DNA from: Bugula neritina
Taxonomy: Eukaryota; Animalia; Bryozoa
NCBI GenBank assembly: GCA_964035545.1
Contig: OZ037767.1
Span: forward strand, 22,026,628 to 22,090,627
Direction of reading: 5' to 3'
DNA: 64,000 nt
Under the pieces are notes generated by a model, which was not told the origin of the DNA, ran no database searches, and saw nothing but the letters and a program-made list of their open reading frames with translations. Positions 26,230-40,935 of this stretch are shown here, in pieces (the stretch's first letter is position 1; every line of letters starts with the position of its first letter). Made by a program: the position numbers and the translations under genes.

Positions 26230-29200
26230 ATGACAAAGCCTATGAAAGTACGTAAGAAATCTGAATTACATTCTCGTTATGGAATTGTCTGCGCAAACTT
26301 GAGACAATGTCAAACTAAAGGATGTAAAAAACTTGGGGTAAGCTTGCTTCGCTCTGGTAAATCTCATGTCTAAACTTAAAAATCAACATTCTTGTTAGCC
26401 AAATTATCAACTAGCAAGTTGAGTTGGCAAACCTTGTCATCAGTCAGTGTGACATCAGTTTTCATAGTAAGTTCATTTGTCTTGCATTTCATCTTATGAA
26501 ATTGGACTTGACTCAACGTTTATGCTGTCATAGTGTTTTAAGTAACTTGCCATTTTAGGTTGTTGTCTCTTGGGGTTTAATTTTTGCTATTAGGACCTAA
26601 CCCCCTAGTTATTTCTTCAAGTGCAATATGATAAGAATTTTTAAACGAAGGCAACTTTAATGCAAGCATAGTTTTCTATTATATTTACATATTATATATG
26701 CATAATGATTATAAAGCATAATGGCATATTTATAATATTTACAAAACAATTATATGTGTTCGTGAGTGCATGTATGTGCATTTACAGTCCATTGTTTTAT
26801 GCAGTTCATCTTGCTATTGTTCAGGTACAAGAAGAAGAGTTAAGCTGCATAACTCTCCAAGATGGTACTGAGGTTGATGAAGAATATTTTCAAACGCTTC
26901 CCAATAACACTGTTTTAGTATTTAAAACTCTTTCAGATACGCCTGGTACGTGTTGTTTTACTTGAAGAATGTAATAATTTTTATTGGTTTGTAGAAATAG
27001 GTTTAGTTATTGGAGTTAGTCTCAACTAATGCGTCTCTTTCCTACAGACAATATGGCTGAGCAAGTTTCAAAGATTCTCTCTGCTGTCACCATGGACAAA
27101 GACATTGCCAATCTTTTGATTGAGAAAGCCAAACATATACCCCCCAGTACATTGAAGACTCTACTACTCACCGTAGCACAGTGTTCTAAAAGCAAACATG
27201 CTGCAGATCTAGAGCTAAAGTCTGAGGATTTCTCTTGGTTCAAAGGTAAGATAATTTTGTTCAGTTTTGCCAGCTTACACTAAGCGCTTGAAAGGGTTTT
27301 ACCATATGGCTCTGTATGCTAGACTTGGTAGATGATAGTCTGCCATTAACATCAGTTGTAGTGATAGAGAATTATTACACCTTCTGTAATTTAAGTTATT
27401 TCTAACAACTCTTCCTTAGTATTTACTAGAGCTGAGTCTAAGTCACTCTGACTTAAGTGCTTGCTGACTTGAGTACTTGAGATTTCTCGGCAAAAACCAA
27501 ATTACCAAAGTACTACTTTGACCTAAAATCTTTTGCCTAATCAATCAATTTGAACTGAAACTTTGATTTGGAGTTTTCTGCAGCTGTAAATTTAGTTTGA
27601 AGTCATAGTAATAGATAATTTGGTAATTGCAGAGTAATGTAGTTTTGGCGGAAACTTATAGTTGAAGTTTGTTATATGCTGTTTGATAGCTGCGCTGTTT
27701 TTTTGTAAACTTGCATTTCCAGTCTTCCTATTTTCAAATGTGCCGGTTTTTTATTGCTACACTTTATCACTGAAAATGATTTGATTAAAATTATCTAAAT
27801 TCACATTGCAGGAATGCACCCTCGTTTTACGTGTAAGTCTAAATGGATGGAGTTTAGCGCAATGAATAGGGTGAGGTCCTATTTCAAAGAGGTAAATAAT
27901 ATTAACAGTTGCAGCTAATAAATTTGAAATGGTATGATTTTAATTGTGTTTTTAATTGGGGATTTGTAAATCAATGTTGCTAGTTTCAATGAAATTATAT
28001 CAAAATCCCCAACAACTATCAATTTCAATATTACGTAACACATGATATGCAAATATTGTCAATATCACAAAAAGGTTGTTCATTTTTTTGGTAATATTTC
28101 ATACCTTGTGATATGAAAGAAATGAACAGTTAATTTTAGCCTGTTTTACAGGCTAAAGATGCGTGGAGCAGAGCAGGTTTCAACACTTCCCAGCGTAAAG
28201 CTGTAAATGAAATAAGACTATTGTGGGAAAGGAAACTTAAGGAAAAAGAATTTTTGAAATATTATTTCTCTAGAACAAATCAACAAGACTACACATTCTG
28301 CGATAAATACGGATGGTTCGAATGTGAAGGGGTAAATTAAGTTTTTTATGCTATATGTCTACTTTGGCAGCCAACATGAGTTGCGTGTACAATGGTGTAA
28401 ATACAGCAGGTGTAAACATACAAGCTTCAAGTATATTGTTCATTATATCTATATGAATTTGTCACATGGCATAACTTCTCTGCATTTCAGAATGTAACTA
28501 TTATTCATTTTAACTGCTTCATGTCTTAACTTGTCAGTTTGTAAAATAGTTTGTAGTCGATTGAGAGCATTGTCAGTAGTCAGGATGAGTAACAGTTACT
28601 AGTGCATAGTCAGTTCTATGGTATTAGTTGTTAGTATGAAAAATAGTTAATAGTATCAGTTGTTAGTATGAAAAATAGTTACTAGTATCAGTTGTTAGTA
28701 TGAACAATAGTTAATAGTATCAGTTGTTAGTATGAAAAATAGTTACTAGTATCAGTTATTACTTTGAACAATAGTTACCAGTACCAGTTATTAGCATAAA
28801 CTATCTAGTTAGCTCATTGATATTTTCAGTAATCACTTTCATATGATTATTTTTCTGATCACATAAATGTTTTACTTATATAGTTATTTTACTGATTATA
28901 TAAATGTTCTCTTTATACAAACAGTTATTATTTTATGGCACTATGTTGTTTATATGGCATTGCCACACAGTTAAAGCCCATTTGTGTGTTTCCGCTCATT
29001 TTGGTCCTTTTTTAACCACAGTGTTGAAAACTTACTAAAAAGCTGTGTTACGCTAAGGCGTTTTCGTGTTGAGGTTTTCCTACAATGAGTAATTCTTAGC
29101 TATTCTTTGTTTATTTTATGAGTTTGTTTGTAGGAGTATTCACGAACTAATTGCCCTGAAAAACATTTCATCAACCCCTATGCCTCTTACCAAGAGAGAG

Positions 29201-30015
29201 CTGTGTTTAGTACATGGAACATGGATCACCAGTGAGTACTAAATCTTCTGTTATCAATACCCATCTGCATACAGCAGCTGTTTTAGGATTTGTCCCCTCG
29301 CTAACACTGAACAGAGCAATATGGATTCTACCTTTCTCAATTATACGAAACTATATCTCCAGTAAATACTATGGAATATTTTGTGCATTTTAGTGAGTGT
29401 CCAATTCTCACGAGTTATATTCTAGAGGACACAACTTCTTATAAAATGATAACGGTTTGAAATTTATAGTATATAGCTGCCTATCACCACAATAAAAAGG
29501 TTTACTACTAGAAGTTGCTTTCGATTTTAACTTATAACCAAAAATATTGGTAAAATTAATTGATATAATAAATAGCAAATTAAATAGTGACTGTTCCTGT
29601 TATCGAATTTAAACATTGCATTTTAATTTTTTTTAAATGATTTCAATAAACATTTTAATTTACACAAAAACTGTTTTTCAAATATAATATTGCAGATTAT
29701 ACTATAAGTATGATAACTATAGTATTATAACATATACAATAAGTATGTTTGGTAATATAAGGTATGTTGTGCTAGTTTTTGCAATTTCTGATATTGTATA
29801 GGATAGAAAAGGCGAGAACTGTTTTGCCAAAGATGGTTAATCTTATAAAGTCTGGACGAGATGGTGAAGTCCGGTGGGACTACTTTTTCGAGCTTCTATT
29901 TACACGGGATAATCTACGTCTGGTGCACATTGCTTGCCACGATAAGAAAGAGCACACTAGTGCTCTGCTTGATGAAACGAAATATCTTAAAAATGGTCTA
30001 ATGACTCTTAGCTAA
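26230..30015 (+). CDS. DFFB: DNA fragmentation factor subunit beta (caspase-activated DNase, CAD/DFF40), ~332 aa
   Basis: Exons 26230-26337, 26825-26945, 27048-27245, 27812-27891, 28152-28331, 29134-29231, 29802-30015; phases consistent, 999 nt in total. CIDE-N (DGTEVDEEYFQTLPNNTVLV) plus nuclease motifs GWFECEG, CPEKHFINPY, FSTWNMDHQIEK, WDYFFELLFTRDNLRLVHIACHDKKEH. Confidence 0.95.
28625..28795. repeat. 32-bp minisatellite in DFFB intron 5 (~5 copies)
   Basis: Unit GTTAGTATGAAAAATAGTTAATAGTATCAGTT. Confidence 0.9.
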
Positions 30016-31014
30016 TTGTTGAAGTTGATGAAGGATTTAACTGCTTCAAAAATAGTTTTATATTATTTTATATTTTTTTCTGTAATGAAATTGTATTTTG
30101 TGGCTATTTGTACCATTTGAGGATTGTACACTATATTATCAGCACGTTCTATGCTTGTTTTTACATTATAATAAGTTGAAGCAATTTTAAATTTGAATGC
30201 ATTCCCTATCATTTCCAAAGGGTGTCAACTTGAAATTTATCAAAATATTAAAATATAGCATATCATTTGCTATTTTTGAAATTACACATTTTATCAATTT
30301 TTATAACAAATATGAATGTCCCAAGTTTTTTAAACATAGCTATTTTGCAATCAGAAAGTTTTATTTTTGTAAGTTGTATTAACTAATTACATATTTTTAT
30401 ATAAATTGCAATTCATATCATAATAAAACCATTTAGTTTAAATATAGTTTATTATTGTACTCAGATTACTGTAAATAAGTATTGTGAAATGAAACGTTCA
30501 ACATTCATTTTGGCTTCTCACAGAATTCACATCGGTTTCATTGTCACACACAGTAGGTCAGTGAATTACAAGCTATTGAGTGCAATTGGTAGGATTATTC
30601 ATAGTTGCAAAAGCGTGCAGACATGCTGAGGTGTTTTCAAAATAATCATAATATAGCATAAATATTTAAGATTATAAGTAAATATATATATAATTAAACC
30701 ATAAAAATTATCATTTAAAAGCATCATTTTCTATTCACTCCTGACTGAGAATAAGAAGTTAAAAAAAGTTAGAGCAAAAATAATGTGCAAATTGGGTGTT
30801 TATTACATTATTAAATCACATTAATAGTAGTGGTTGTACTACACTTTCACTGCTATGAAGATATATGTTCAAAATAAGTATAGCTGTTTGATAATTTCAG
30901 TAATACCATCAATTACATTTTCCAGTAGAGTTCTCCTATACCATATTATTATACACGATGTGCCTAATTTCTGAGTTGATGTAAAGCGATGAGCTTAGGT
31001 GAAGATCTACTTGT

Positions 31015-33802
31015 TTATTCAATAACCTCTACTATTAGAGGAGCTTCATATTGAGTATGGCGGATTCCAAAGCTGTAAGATGGTGCAGCTGTCTTGATTC
31101 GACCAGGTACCTGTAGAATCAACAATCAGTGTTTAAATTTTATACAGTTTGAGTTGTTTTTTTTTGCTGTAGCGTTTGTATTGCACTTTCCAGAATCTAA
31201 TTTTACAAATTAAATAGCTTGAATTTCAAATATACATTGTAACTAATATTTATCACTGCTAAATGTTATTGTCATGGCTCGCAGCTCACAAGTTTTGTTA
31301 ATTTTTATTTGGGATCTATGATAATAACCAGTCTATATTATCAATATAAATACAATTTTGTTGTAATTTACTAAATTCATGGCACTGTTTGAAAGCAATT
31401 TCTCAACAGCTTGTATTAGGATTACAAATAGTGGAGAAAGCAAATACGTAGTTCGAATTCATTACTTTAACAGAAGATTTGTGTTGTTTTCAAATATCAC
31501 AACCTGTATAGCTAGACTTTCCCATAAAACATAATTGCTAAACCACAAATAGTAATTTTAGATATGAAAATATGACATTGATATCCAGTGAGCATAAAAG
31601 AAATTCAATAGACTCGGAACTTGACTTACACATATAGTATGAGCTCCAGGTCCAGGCTTTTGAGTTGTGTCCCCTGGCATAGGATTTCTGCTGACCATAC
31701 TGTATTGTGGGCTTTTGTCTTTATAAGTGCTTGGGGCTGTAGTGTTGTAAGCTCCCGGGCCGGGGGTCTGAAAGAGCAAACACATATAAGACATCCGTAT
31801 TAAACAGCTGTAAGAGTTTAGTTGTACAGTATAATATTGTAAAATGGCCATAATCCTATTATATTGCTTATTAGGCTAATGGCGCTCCCTTTCCCTCTTC
31901 CTGAGCTCTTCCTAATCTAACAGTAATTCTCTCATGCTTTTTCTTCCAATAACCATTACATTTCTCTCAAACATGCAGTTATTAACATTTATAGCCTTCT
32001 TTTTCTGCACCTTCTTGATATGACATTGAATAAAGCCTCACCCCACCCTGCTAAGTAAGTTGGTATTGCACAGGTCTAAACCTCACTCAAATCATGATAC
32101 TTTATTTATGTCTACACGTTAGTTTTATTACAGAGATTTGTTTTGATTAAGAGCTAGTAACAGTTCTCCCGTATTTTCTCCTTCTAACAATTTACCATTG
32201 TGTAAGCTGCTTCTATCTCAAAATTTCATCTGGTAACATTTTGGGATAAATGTTAGAACAGCTGCTTGCTGTACAATACAAAAGACATCAGCCTGTTATG
32301 TCAGTATAATTACAATACAATTAATATGTGTATTATTAAAGAAGTGTATTGTGTGCTCACTCGTTTAAGGTCTTCATGGAAGCTGCCAATCTTGCTTCTT
32401 CCAACCATAGAGTAGCAGGGTGCCTGAGGTTTGCCTGATTGCTTAGTCTTCATCAACATGGCTGGCAAGGTATAGCTGCAACACATGATTAATGTGTCAA
32501 AAATAACTTTTAAAATGGAGCATGCGTTTGCAACAAGTTTGTTATAAAGTAACTACCAAGTCGCTGCTATAAAATAATCAATAATAAAAGTACTTTGAAT
32601 ATTCAAGTATTAATGACTGTGCAATAAAACTAGCTTGTACGAGCTCTAAATAAATCTATTTTAGATAAAAATGGCACAGGTAATAATGGCACGGGTAATA
32701 ATTAACTTTTCATATTAAATGGTAGGTAAAAAAAAGCAGACAAAAATCAACCTGTTGTATTAGATGGTACGACTTACGCATTTGCTGCTGGGACATGGTC
32801 ACTTCTCCGCTGCCGATGTCTAGTGCCGAAGGAGTATGCGGGATGTCTAAAGTAGGCTTGCTGGCCAATACTCTCAGGAGCGTATGCCCCTGGTCCAGGT
32901 ACCACTAAACTGTTGTATGCAAGGAATATCTTTATTATATTGTAAGTTATGTATGCATGAATAGACTAGCATATTAAAGTAGTGCAACTGATTGTAGAGC
33001 AACAGACCAGAATATCCAGTATGCTCACTAGACTGTGTTACTGTCCTTCAATTTAGTAAGGAATAATGGTAATATAATATGCTAACAAACATATACTAGG
33101 GTAAGTAAGAATTAGCAGTTTTAGAACAGCATTCTAAAGAAATTAACTTTTAAGGATGCAAATTTTAATTTAATATGAGTTTGAAGTATTATTCTTCAAA
33201 AAGTAAAGCGTTATATACATATATAAAAATGAAAACTTCAAATGAAGTTCAATTATCTTATATTGTTTATGAAGTTCTTTAAACTTTAAATTTAAAATGT
33301 GCTTTAATTTCTTTTTATTAGATTTGTCCACCATATTTATATTGCAGGTTGTAATTTAAAGAATTTACATTCTTGTAGTTGGCAAGAATAACTTCATTCA
33401 GTTTGATTGAGTAGAGTGGTAGTTAAAGTCTATTTTTAACCGAATCCTAAGTTATTACCATGGTTTGCAACTAAAATAGTATATTCTTAAAAAAGATTAT
33501 ATTATTTCAATAGCAATCTACCTCTTTGGCACTCTATGCCTGCTAGAGAGGGAATAATGCGGGGTACCATCTTTACCATCTCGAAATGTTTTAGCATCTG
33601 GTTTATGGGCGGGTCCTGGGCTACAGTCATCTGTAAACTTGGCTCTCTTCAGCCCGAATGGATATGCTGGACCTCTATAGTGCACACTTCTAATGTCATG
33701 ATTGTTCTGACCAATGAGACCTGGCAGACCATAACATGGTCCAGGACTAGAATACTCTGCTGCTATTGGTCCTCTCCTCTTTGTAGGCTGCCAGGTTGCC
33801 AT
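31015..33802 (-). CDS. ODF3: Outer dense fiber protein 3 / SHIPPO1 / CIMAP1 (PGP-repeat ciliary protein), ~253 aa
   Basis: Exons 33802-33522, 32909-32778, 32475-32361, 31767-31630, 31110-31015 (762 nt, in frame). Motifs RGPIAAEYSSPGPCYGLP, PAYPFG, repeated PGPGAY, and C-terminal APSYSFGIRHTQY. Confidence 0.92.
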
Positions 33803-36800
33803 AGTTACCTATCAACACATCCAAGACTCATGTGGCCTCGTTGGGTTATTGTTTATTGCTAGCATGCATTCTGAGAGTAATGATATTTTCATTCTCACTG
33901 ATAGCTACTAGTAAATTCATGTTAGTTATAGTGTTATGTAGGCACTGTGTACAACACGTAGCTGTTTTAATAAGCTCCGTTTGCAAAAGAATACAAAATC
34001 ACATAAGTTTGAAATAATGAGTCAAAGTTAACCCCACATATAAAAGTATTAGGTATTGAACAATTCACTAAAAAGGGGAGCCATCCTTTTACACATAGTC
34101 ATACTATTACTACAAATACTACGTCTCTATGTGTTGTATTATATGAATGGGTTTTTTATTTGATGCCTAGAGACAGTGTCAATTGAATAAAGCCGCAACC
34201 ATAGCTTCATTTAGGAGCAGTAGTGGAGAAATTGACATAGCCTAAGTTTTTTATTTTCTATTAAATTTTGAGTTGGGACACAGTTGAAAAGGTTGAGAGA
34301 GCTGACTCTCTAATTTTGCTACATTTCTAATCCAGAGCACAAGCGTTTTTAACTTTTCCATTACTGTACCTATCTTAGCATAAGTAAATGCAAACTGCAA
34401 CCATAAATCCATCTTTATGAGCATTCCTATGAATCCATTCGAAAAGCATACGTGAATGTCATAATACAGTCATATTATCCTAAAAAGTAGCTCATTTGTT
34501 TTTATATTGTCAGTATTATCAATACGTTTACAGGACGGGCTATGAACTATAGTATAATTATCCAACACTGTGTTGGTGTTCATAGGCTCCTACTGGGTTC
34601 ATTAGTCTACATGGCTTCTTTGTATAAAAACAACAATGTGAATCTGTCCAAGGTTGTGCACTGGATTAACTGGTTATGCAATAACATTATAATGAGCTTG
34701 CAACTTCAAATTCATCACAGCAAAACCTTCGGACATTTTATTTCACTACTTTTTGAAAGTTCTGTATTAAATTTATTGTCAACTGAAAACTATTTTATTG
34801 TCATGGTAATTATTTATTGTTGCTGAGGGCTCCAGGAAGGAAAATATATTGCCTCAATCACTGCTGCAACAGAGTTTCAAAGGGTTATACATTTTCCTGA
34901 ATGCCACATCACTCTTTTTTATGTTCACATGTGGCCAGCTAATGAGGTTTACTTTGCCAGTTTCAAAATTGGTTTTTCAATATAGAAAGTACTGAAAATA
35001 TTGTTTAATTTCTACCTAGAAAAAAAGCGCTTCAGGTGTACCTGTAGCATAAGTCGTCAGTTAAATAGATTTTCTAACCTAACATTGTAGTTCAGCCTCA
35101 ACAGAGAGCTAAGATTTATAAAACCCATTTATGAAGTAATTAAAATTGATTTGAAATATGATAGTTGACCTGGAGAGAAATAAAATTAGTATGAAGCCTA
35201 GATCTCTGCCCTAGTATTTACTAAGGTGATTGTAGCTTTATGTAGCTATTCTTAAATGTTTCGTGTCGAACGTGTTTTTAGTCACTAGTGGGACCGTACA
35301 AATAAACTTAGATGATTCAACTTTTAGTTTCTATAGTGCTATACTCAAATATAATTATTTTTTTATATCCCTAATGTATTATTAAGTCTAAACAACACAA
35401 AATCTCAGCTTCTAGATAAACATTTTTACAAAATCAAGAGAGCGCAATCTTAGTTTTATGAATATGAATTATTTTTTATAGAAAGACTTACCAAAATGCT
35501 CACTGCTTGTTAATGTCAGCTAAACTCTATTTTTCTAGCAATATCCACTTTTCAGTGCTGGTTTGTTTTGAGCAAACTGCCTGTATCTATGCACAGTACG
35601 GGATTTGCCAATTCTGAACTAACTAAACTATCAAAATAGAGACCATTCAGCAATTTAAGGTAATTAAGTCCTAAAGAAACAGCCCTTCTTTGTAGCTCTT
35701 GTTTATTTTTTAATACAAATTTCAACTCTGATAAACAATGTTACAAATGCAATATCTTTCTAATAACCATGTTTCTATTGTATTGAGTACGGGCTTTGAC
35801 TATGAGCCTCAGTAGTGACAAATGAACAACTTTAGTTTAGGAATTTGATAAATTAGAAAATTTCAAGAGTAATGTAAATAGCAACGACTGCGCTGTATTG
35901 AAATTATGACTATTGTTGTAACCTAATTTGAGCTAATCATTCAGGCTTCATTTGCACTTGACAATTCCTTGTAACCAATAGCAGACAATTAATAACTACA
36001 ATCACGCTAGATAAGCAGTGCTAACACAACGGGGAGGCAAACACTACTCAAGACTTATGCATTTGCAGCAATAAAAATTAATTATAGATACTTGTATTTG
36101 CTTACTGACACATTTGTTCTGAATGTTCCATATGCTGTGATTAACACATGGTATTAGCTTGCAAAACTAAAATTATTTTCAAATGATTCCCAAATTATCA
36201 TATGAACATTGGTTTTCGAAGTATTTGCTAGACTTGCAATTAACACTTGCTTAATATCAAGTAATTGCAACTTGGTAATTTCGTAACCATGGTAACAACA
36301 GACCTTTCTTGTGCCATTCAATAACATAGGCGGCACTGTACTAACAATGTTATTCATTGTATTTAATGTAAGCTAAGCTCTGAAAACCTGTGAATGGTAA
36401 AACACGCTCTGATCTTTACCGACTATGATAAGGTAATAAAGACTTGTAAAGTTAATTATATTATTGTTGTAATATAAGCTGTTACAAAAGGCATTTTGAG
36501 GTATGTAGTGCCATCACTGCATGGCCTAACCCACACCTGGTTGTATAGTAATCCATATGAATTATTAATCATTTGCATGTTCCAACTTCAGCAAAACATA
36601 GCTATGATCAGTCATGACCTGTCCATGAAATGCCATCACTCTAGTATACAGATAAATAGCAATCAATTGGTTGTTGGTTAACAATGATATACTGAACAAC
36701 TACAGTAAACTACAAACACAATGAGTATTTGAAACAGTTTTGTAATCTTATTATTTAAATACACGATATATTTTTATTTTTAACATGCTCATGCATATAC

Positions 36801-37137
36801 TTGTATATATCTCATCATATTTAAAAACTAATAATGATACTGTAACTCACTTATAAGATAACACTCATTATAAAGCTACATACTGTATAAGTATAATACT
36901 ATGTATCAACCACCAGAAATAGTTGTGTGATAAACACAACTCACTATAATAAATTGGCTCAGTAAAGCAAATAAATAAAATATATTATTTCGAAGTTCAC
37001 AAGTTACATATACGAAATAGAACTGCTGTTACACAAGTTTAAATCTCAACTTGGGTAAAAAAATCATCTTTTCTGGATTTTCACACTCTACTAAAAGTAT
37101 CAACTGCATGTCTGGTGTGTATATAAAACAGCATTTT

Positions 37138-38710
37138 CTATGTTATGTATTTCAAAAGACCTGGATTGGTAGCTATATATCTATCTAAGTAACCACCTGC
37201 GAAGGATGTCAGCTGTCCGTCAGGAACTTCCGCTGCAGCAGGCGGCTCAACAGGAGGCTTCCTTGCAGCAGACGACTTAACAGGTGGTTTTCTTGCAGTA
37301 GGCAGCTTGCCACCAACTTTCATTGCAGCAGGTGGTTTAACAGGAGGTTTTCCTGCAGCAGGTAGCTTAGCAGGAACATTCATTGTGGCAGGGGGTTTAA
37401 CAGGGATTTTCAATTTAGCGGACGACTTTACAGGAGAGTTGTCAAAGTGATGGTGCTCTGTAACAGGTTGAGTGAAAGAATCAGCTGTAGTCACATCAGT
37501 AGGAGTTGTCATACTAGTAGTTGTAGAAGAAGTGACATCTAGTTTTATTTTCCTCGGCGTTTTATTTCTGTTCACCTTTTTATGTTTTCGCTTGTTAGAA
37601 AATTTTTTGTTGGATTTGTGGCGAGGATTTCTTTTAATTTTTCTTTTTTGAGGTTTTGATCTGTGTCGTTGTGCATCTTGCCTTGTTGACTTTTTTATGT
37701 TTTTGTTTTGCTTTCGATGCTTTACTGGCTTAATTTTAGTCAACTTAGTTTTCTTTATTCTAGGTTTAACATTTTTTGAAAAGCTGTTATCAAAATTTGG
37801 TGGAGAAATTTCGTTTTTGAAACTTTCAAAATCAGGAGATACCACTTCAACTGGAAAGTTGTTGATGCCCTCCTCAAATGTAGAGTCATCAAAGCTATTT
37901 TCATCAAAACCTACATCATTCATATTTGACATGAAATCCGTAGCCTCCAATTCGTTTTGCAGGTTATTTGAAAATTCTGCATCATTGAATTGATCTCCAT
38001 CTTTAACATTAATGTTGGTTGTCTCAATCACTCTTCGTTCTATAAAACGACAAAAACAATTCTCACACAAATAAACCATTTTAAATAAAAAATTTATCTA
38101 CTACTTCAAATAAATTATAGCATACATTATTTAACAGAATAATTATACTAATTTATAATAATTGAATTGTATAAAATGACTTAGCTAAATTTTCACCATG
38201 TATTTGTGTAATTTTTGAAGAAGAGTCATCTACTCCTGAAGATCTGCCTTGTACGGACCTTCCATTTCCCAGTCCCTTAACTTTACCCTAGCCAAAAAAC
38301 ATATAGAAGACATACAAAGAACACCTAGAGAACAATGGATAAGATATTATAATATTATAGATTAAATATTATACACATAGAGAGCATATAGTTAACCTAA
38401 TATATAGAGAACATATAAAATTAAAATATAGAGAACATAATATTTTTAAAAAAAATGCGCATAAAAACCACTATTTGTCAAAAAACAAACATATCAATTA
38501 GTTTTAAAGATTTATTACATACAATAAAGCAGGCAAAAGGTTTAACAGAATTACTTTTGCTTTATATGAATTTCCAGATGTGAGTGCTGAGTGGATAATA
38601 TTAGTAGCCGCCCCCAGTATGTCACCAACCTGATGCTTCCTATTAGTTCTCTTCGATGCAGTGTCAGCAACCAAACCAACTAGCAGAATCAACCAGATTT
38701 GTACTTTCAT
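37138..38710 (-). CDS. Secreted low-complexity orphan protein A (~382 aa: acidic, Lys/Arg-rich, Thr-rich and Pro/Ala/Lys-repeat blocks)
   Basis: Exons 38710-38555, 38287-38197, 38039-37138 (phases 0, 1). Signal peptide MKVQIWLILLVGLVADTAS; 10-aa repeats such as KPPVKPPAAM. 5' UTR exon donor CAG|GTGAGT at 39780. Confidence 0.75.
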
Positions 38711-40357
38711 CCTTATTCTATAATAAAATGTTAATAAACACTCTTTAGTCACCAAGGTTTTGTTTTCAAGCATGTTGGGGTTATTTTTCAAATTATAGTG
38801 AAGGAAGGTATAAAAATTCAATTAGCTATGCATAATGCACCGATGATATAAGAAATATCAAAATGCAGATTACAATTTCTCAGCATATAATATTATTTTA
38901 TTTACCAATTTTAATTTTAATTTGTTTGAAAACCTCCTGCTTAAGCAAATTACTTTTAAATTGTATAATTTTTATTTTGTGTATCATTTTTTAAATAGTT
39001 TGATTAAATTTTTTTTACACAAAAATGTAAAGTTTCAGACGTGCAGTTATATGCTTTAAGTTTTAAATGAAACAGTTCTCTATTCTAGCACTATAAAAAT
39101 TGTATTTCTATTACCAGCATTACCAGTTCCATGCAGGTATAGACATATTTGCAATTGTAATCTATGCCACCTAGAGATTGCTTACGTTATTTGAAAATTT
39201 TGGTGGCAGAAATATAATTTTTGTAGCAGATAAAAAACATAAGACACACAATTGCAGCCAATGATGTTAATTTAAAGACTTGTTTTGCAGCTATATAATT
39301 GCATTGCTTTGTTGTGATAAATTGGGCTCATTAATATTTAGTTTTTTTTCAAAAATTAGCTTTTATTAAAATTATTACAAAATATATCAGTACTATTTTT
39401 ACAATTTTAGTTGGTTTATAAAATGATGTTTTTACCATTTTGAAATATATTAATTATGTAGTGAAAACTGAATAGATTATTATTCATATAGAAATTATAA
39501 CAGACAGAAAATAATGTAGGGTACAGTTTTATAGTTACAGAGTGTCATATTATTAAAGTTTGAATTAAACTTTAAGTAAAAGAGCCTTTTTCCTTTGTGT
39601 GCTTCATTGGCAGATCTATTAGCAAAGTTTTAATTATATAAGGTACTGTGAAAGCAGCAAAGTAACTAATACAAGGTTTACCAAATTTGAGGTAAGTCTT
39701 TAGGCTACACATAGCCTATATATTTAAAACTTGTTTGCACAATGCCCCTTGATGATATTTGATAAACTTATCAACTCACCTGTTTCAGTCTGCTCTGCAA
39801 GCAAAGTATCAGATATACTAAATATGCATTTAGAGACTAATAATTTCCAGGTAATTGTACATATAGCTAATTGATGTGATTGAACCAATATTAGGTGCTC
39901 TATTACATTTATATCAAATCCTAAGTATCAGATTAAAGACTTAAAAATGAGAGATAGTTATGCATGTAACTACAGCATTAGGCATTTATAGAACAAGTGG
40001 ATTATTTAAACATGATTGAAATAATTACTGTGCTTGACTGCAGCTACAGGTAGCACCTGCTTTAAAGTGACACCCTGCTCTATGATGACAGTCATGTAGC
40101 TCAACCAAACTATCGGAGCACCTGTTGCAACACTTCAACTGTTAAGCTATTTATCACAGCTTTAATCCTATATTACCCAGTGCTGGTTACATAAAGGTAT
40201 AGTATTTGATGTTAAAACGAAGTTAATCCAATTAGTTTACAGCACTGCAACTTTTTCGTTGCAATAGTCTAAGCTAAAACACTCAGTAACACAATAAATA
40301 AAAGACCAAAATTGAAACTGTAAACATGATGATTTATTGTATTTATTATGTTAATAT

Positions 40358-40662
40358 TGTTATAGTTTTCAGATTTAGGGTTGATGTGTCACCAAGAGAG
40401 TCTATTTAACACTAGAGAAACTTCACCAGTTAAGTCGAGTAGATATCGTTATATTTAATACAAGAATACATAATAAAAATCCAATGTACAACAGTAATGA
40501 TACGCACGTCTATTTAGTTTACAGCACTATCCTCAACTGAGCTAGTAGCGCGAAGCGGCTACTGTTACTTATCAAACAGCTTAGCTAATTGGCTAATACA
40601 TTGTTCCGGGTCAATACGCAACCTTGCGTATTGTGTTGCTGGTAGCTCCACGAGCCACCACA
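40358..40662 (-). repeat. 3' LTR
   Basis: Identical to 47504-47808 except one base (40564 G vs 47710 A) by manual comparison. Confidence 0.97.
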
Positions 40663-40675
40663 CTGCCCCCTCCAG
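40663..40675 (-). promoter_or_regulatory. Polypurine tract (PPT)
   Basis: Minus strand GGAGGGGGCAG immediately precedes the TG of the 3' LTR. Confidence 0.85.
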
Positions 40676-40935
40676 CAGAAAGCCCACTTTCTGATAAAAT
40701 AAGATTCACATAAAAAAAACGTATACTTCGTTGTGGGGGGTAAGAGAACAGTATAAAAGTATATACAAAAAAAAAAAACAACAACTGGTAAAAAATATAC
40801 AGGTATATATAACGTGCACTAAGTAATAAGCAAGAGAAGATCCTATCTACATGTAGAGTACAGGCCACCATTACGGTAGGGAATGCCACAGAGAGGTAGG
40901 GGAATGAGTAGTAGGGAGTAGTAGGTAGACTCGAG

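Noticed and set aside
28625-28795. 32-bp repeat as a CRISPR-like array
   Set aside because: Head-to-tail units with no unique spacers, inside a eukaryotic intron.
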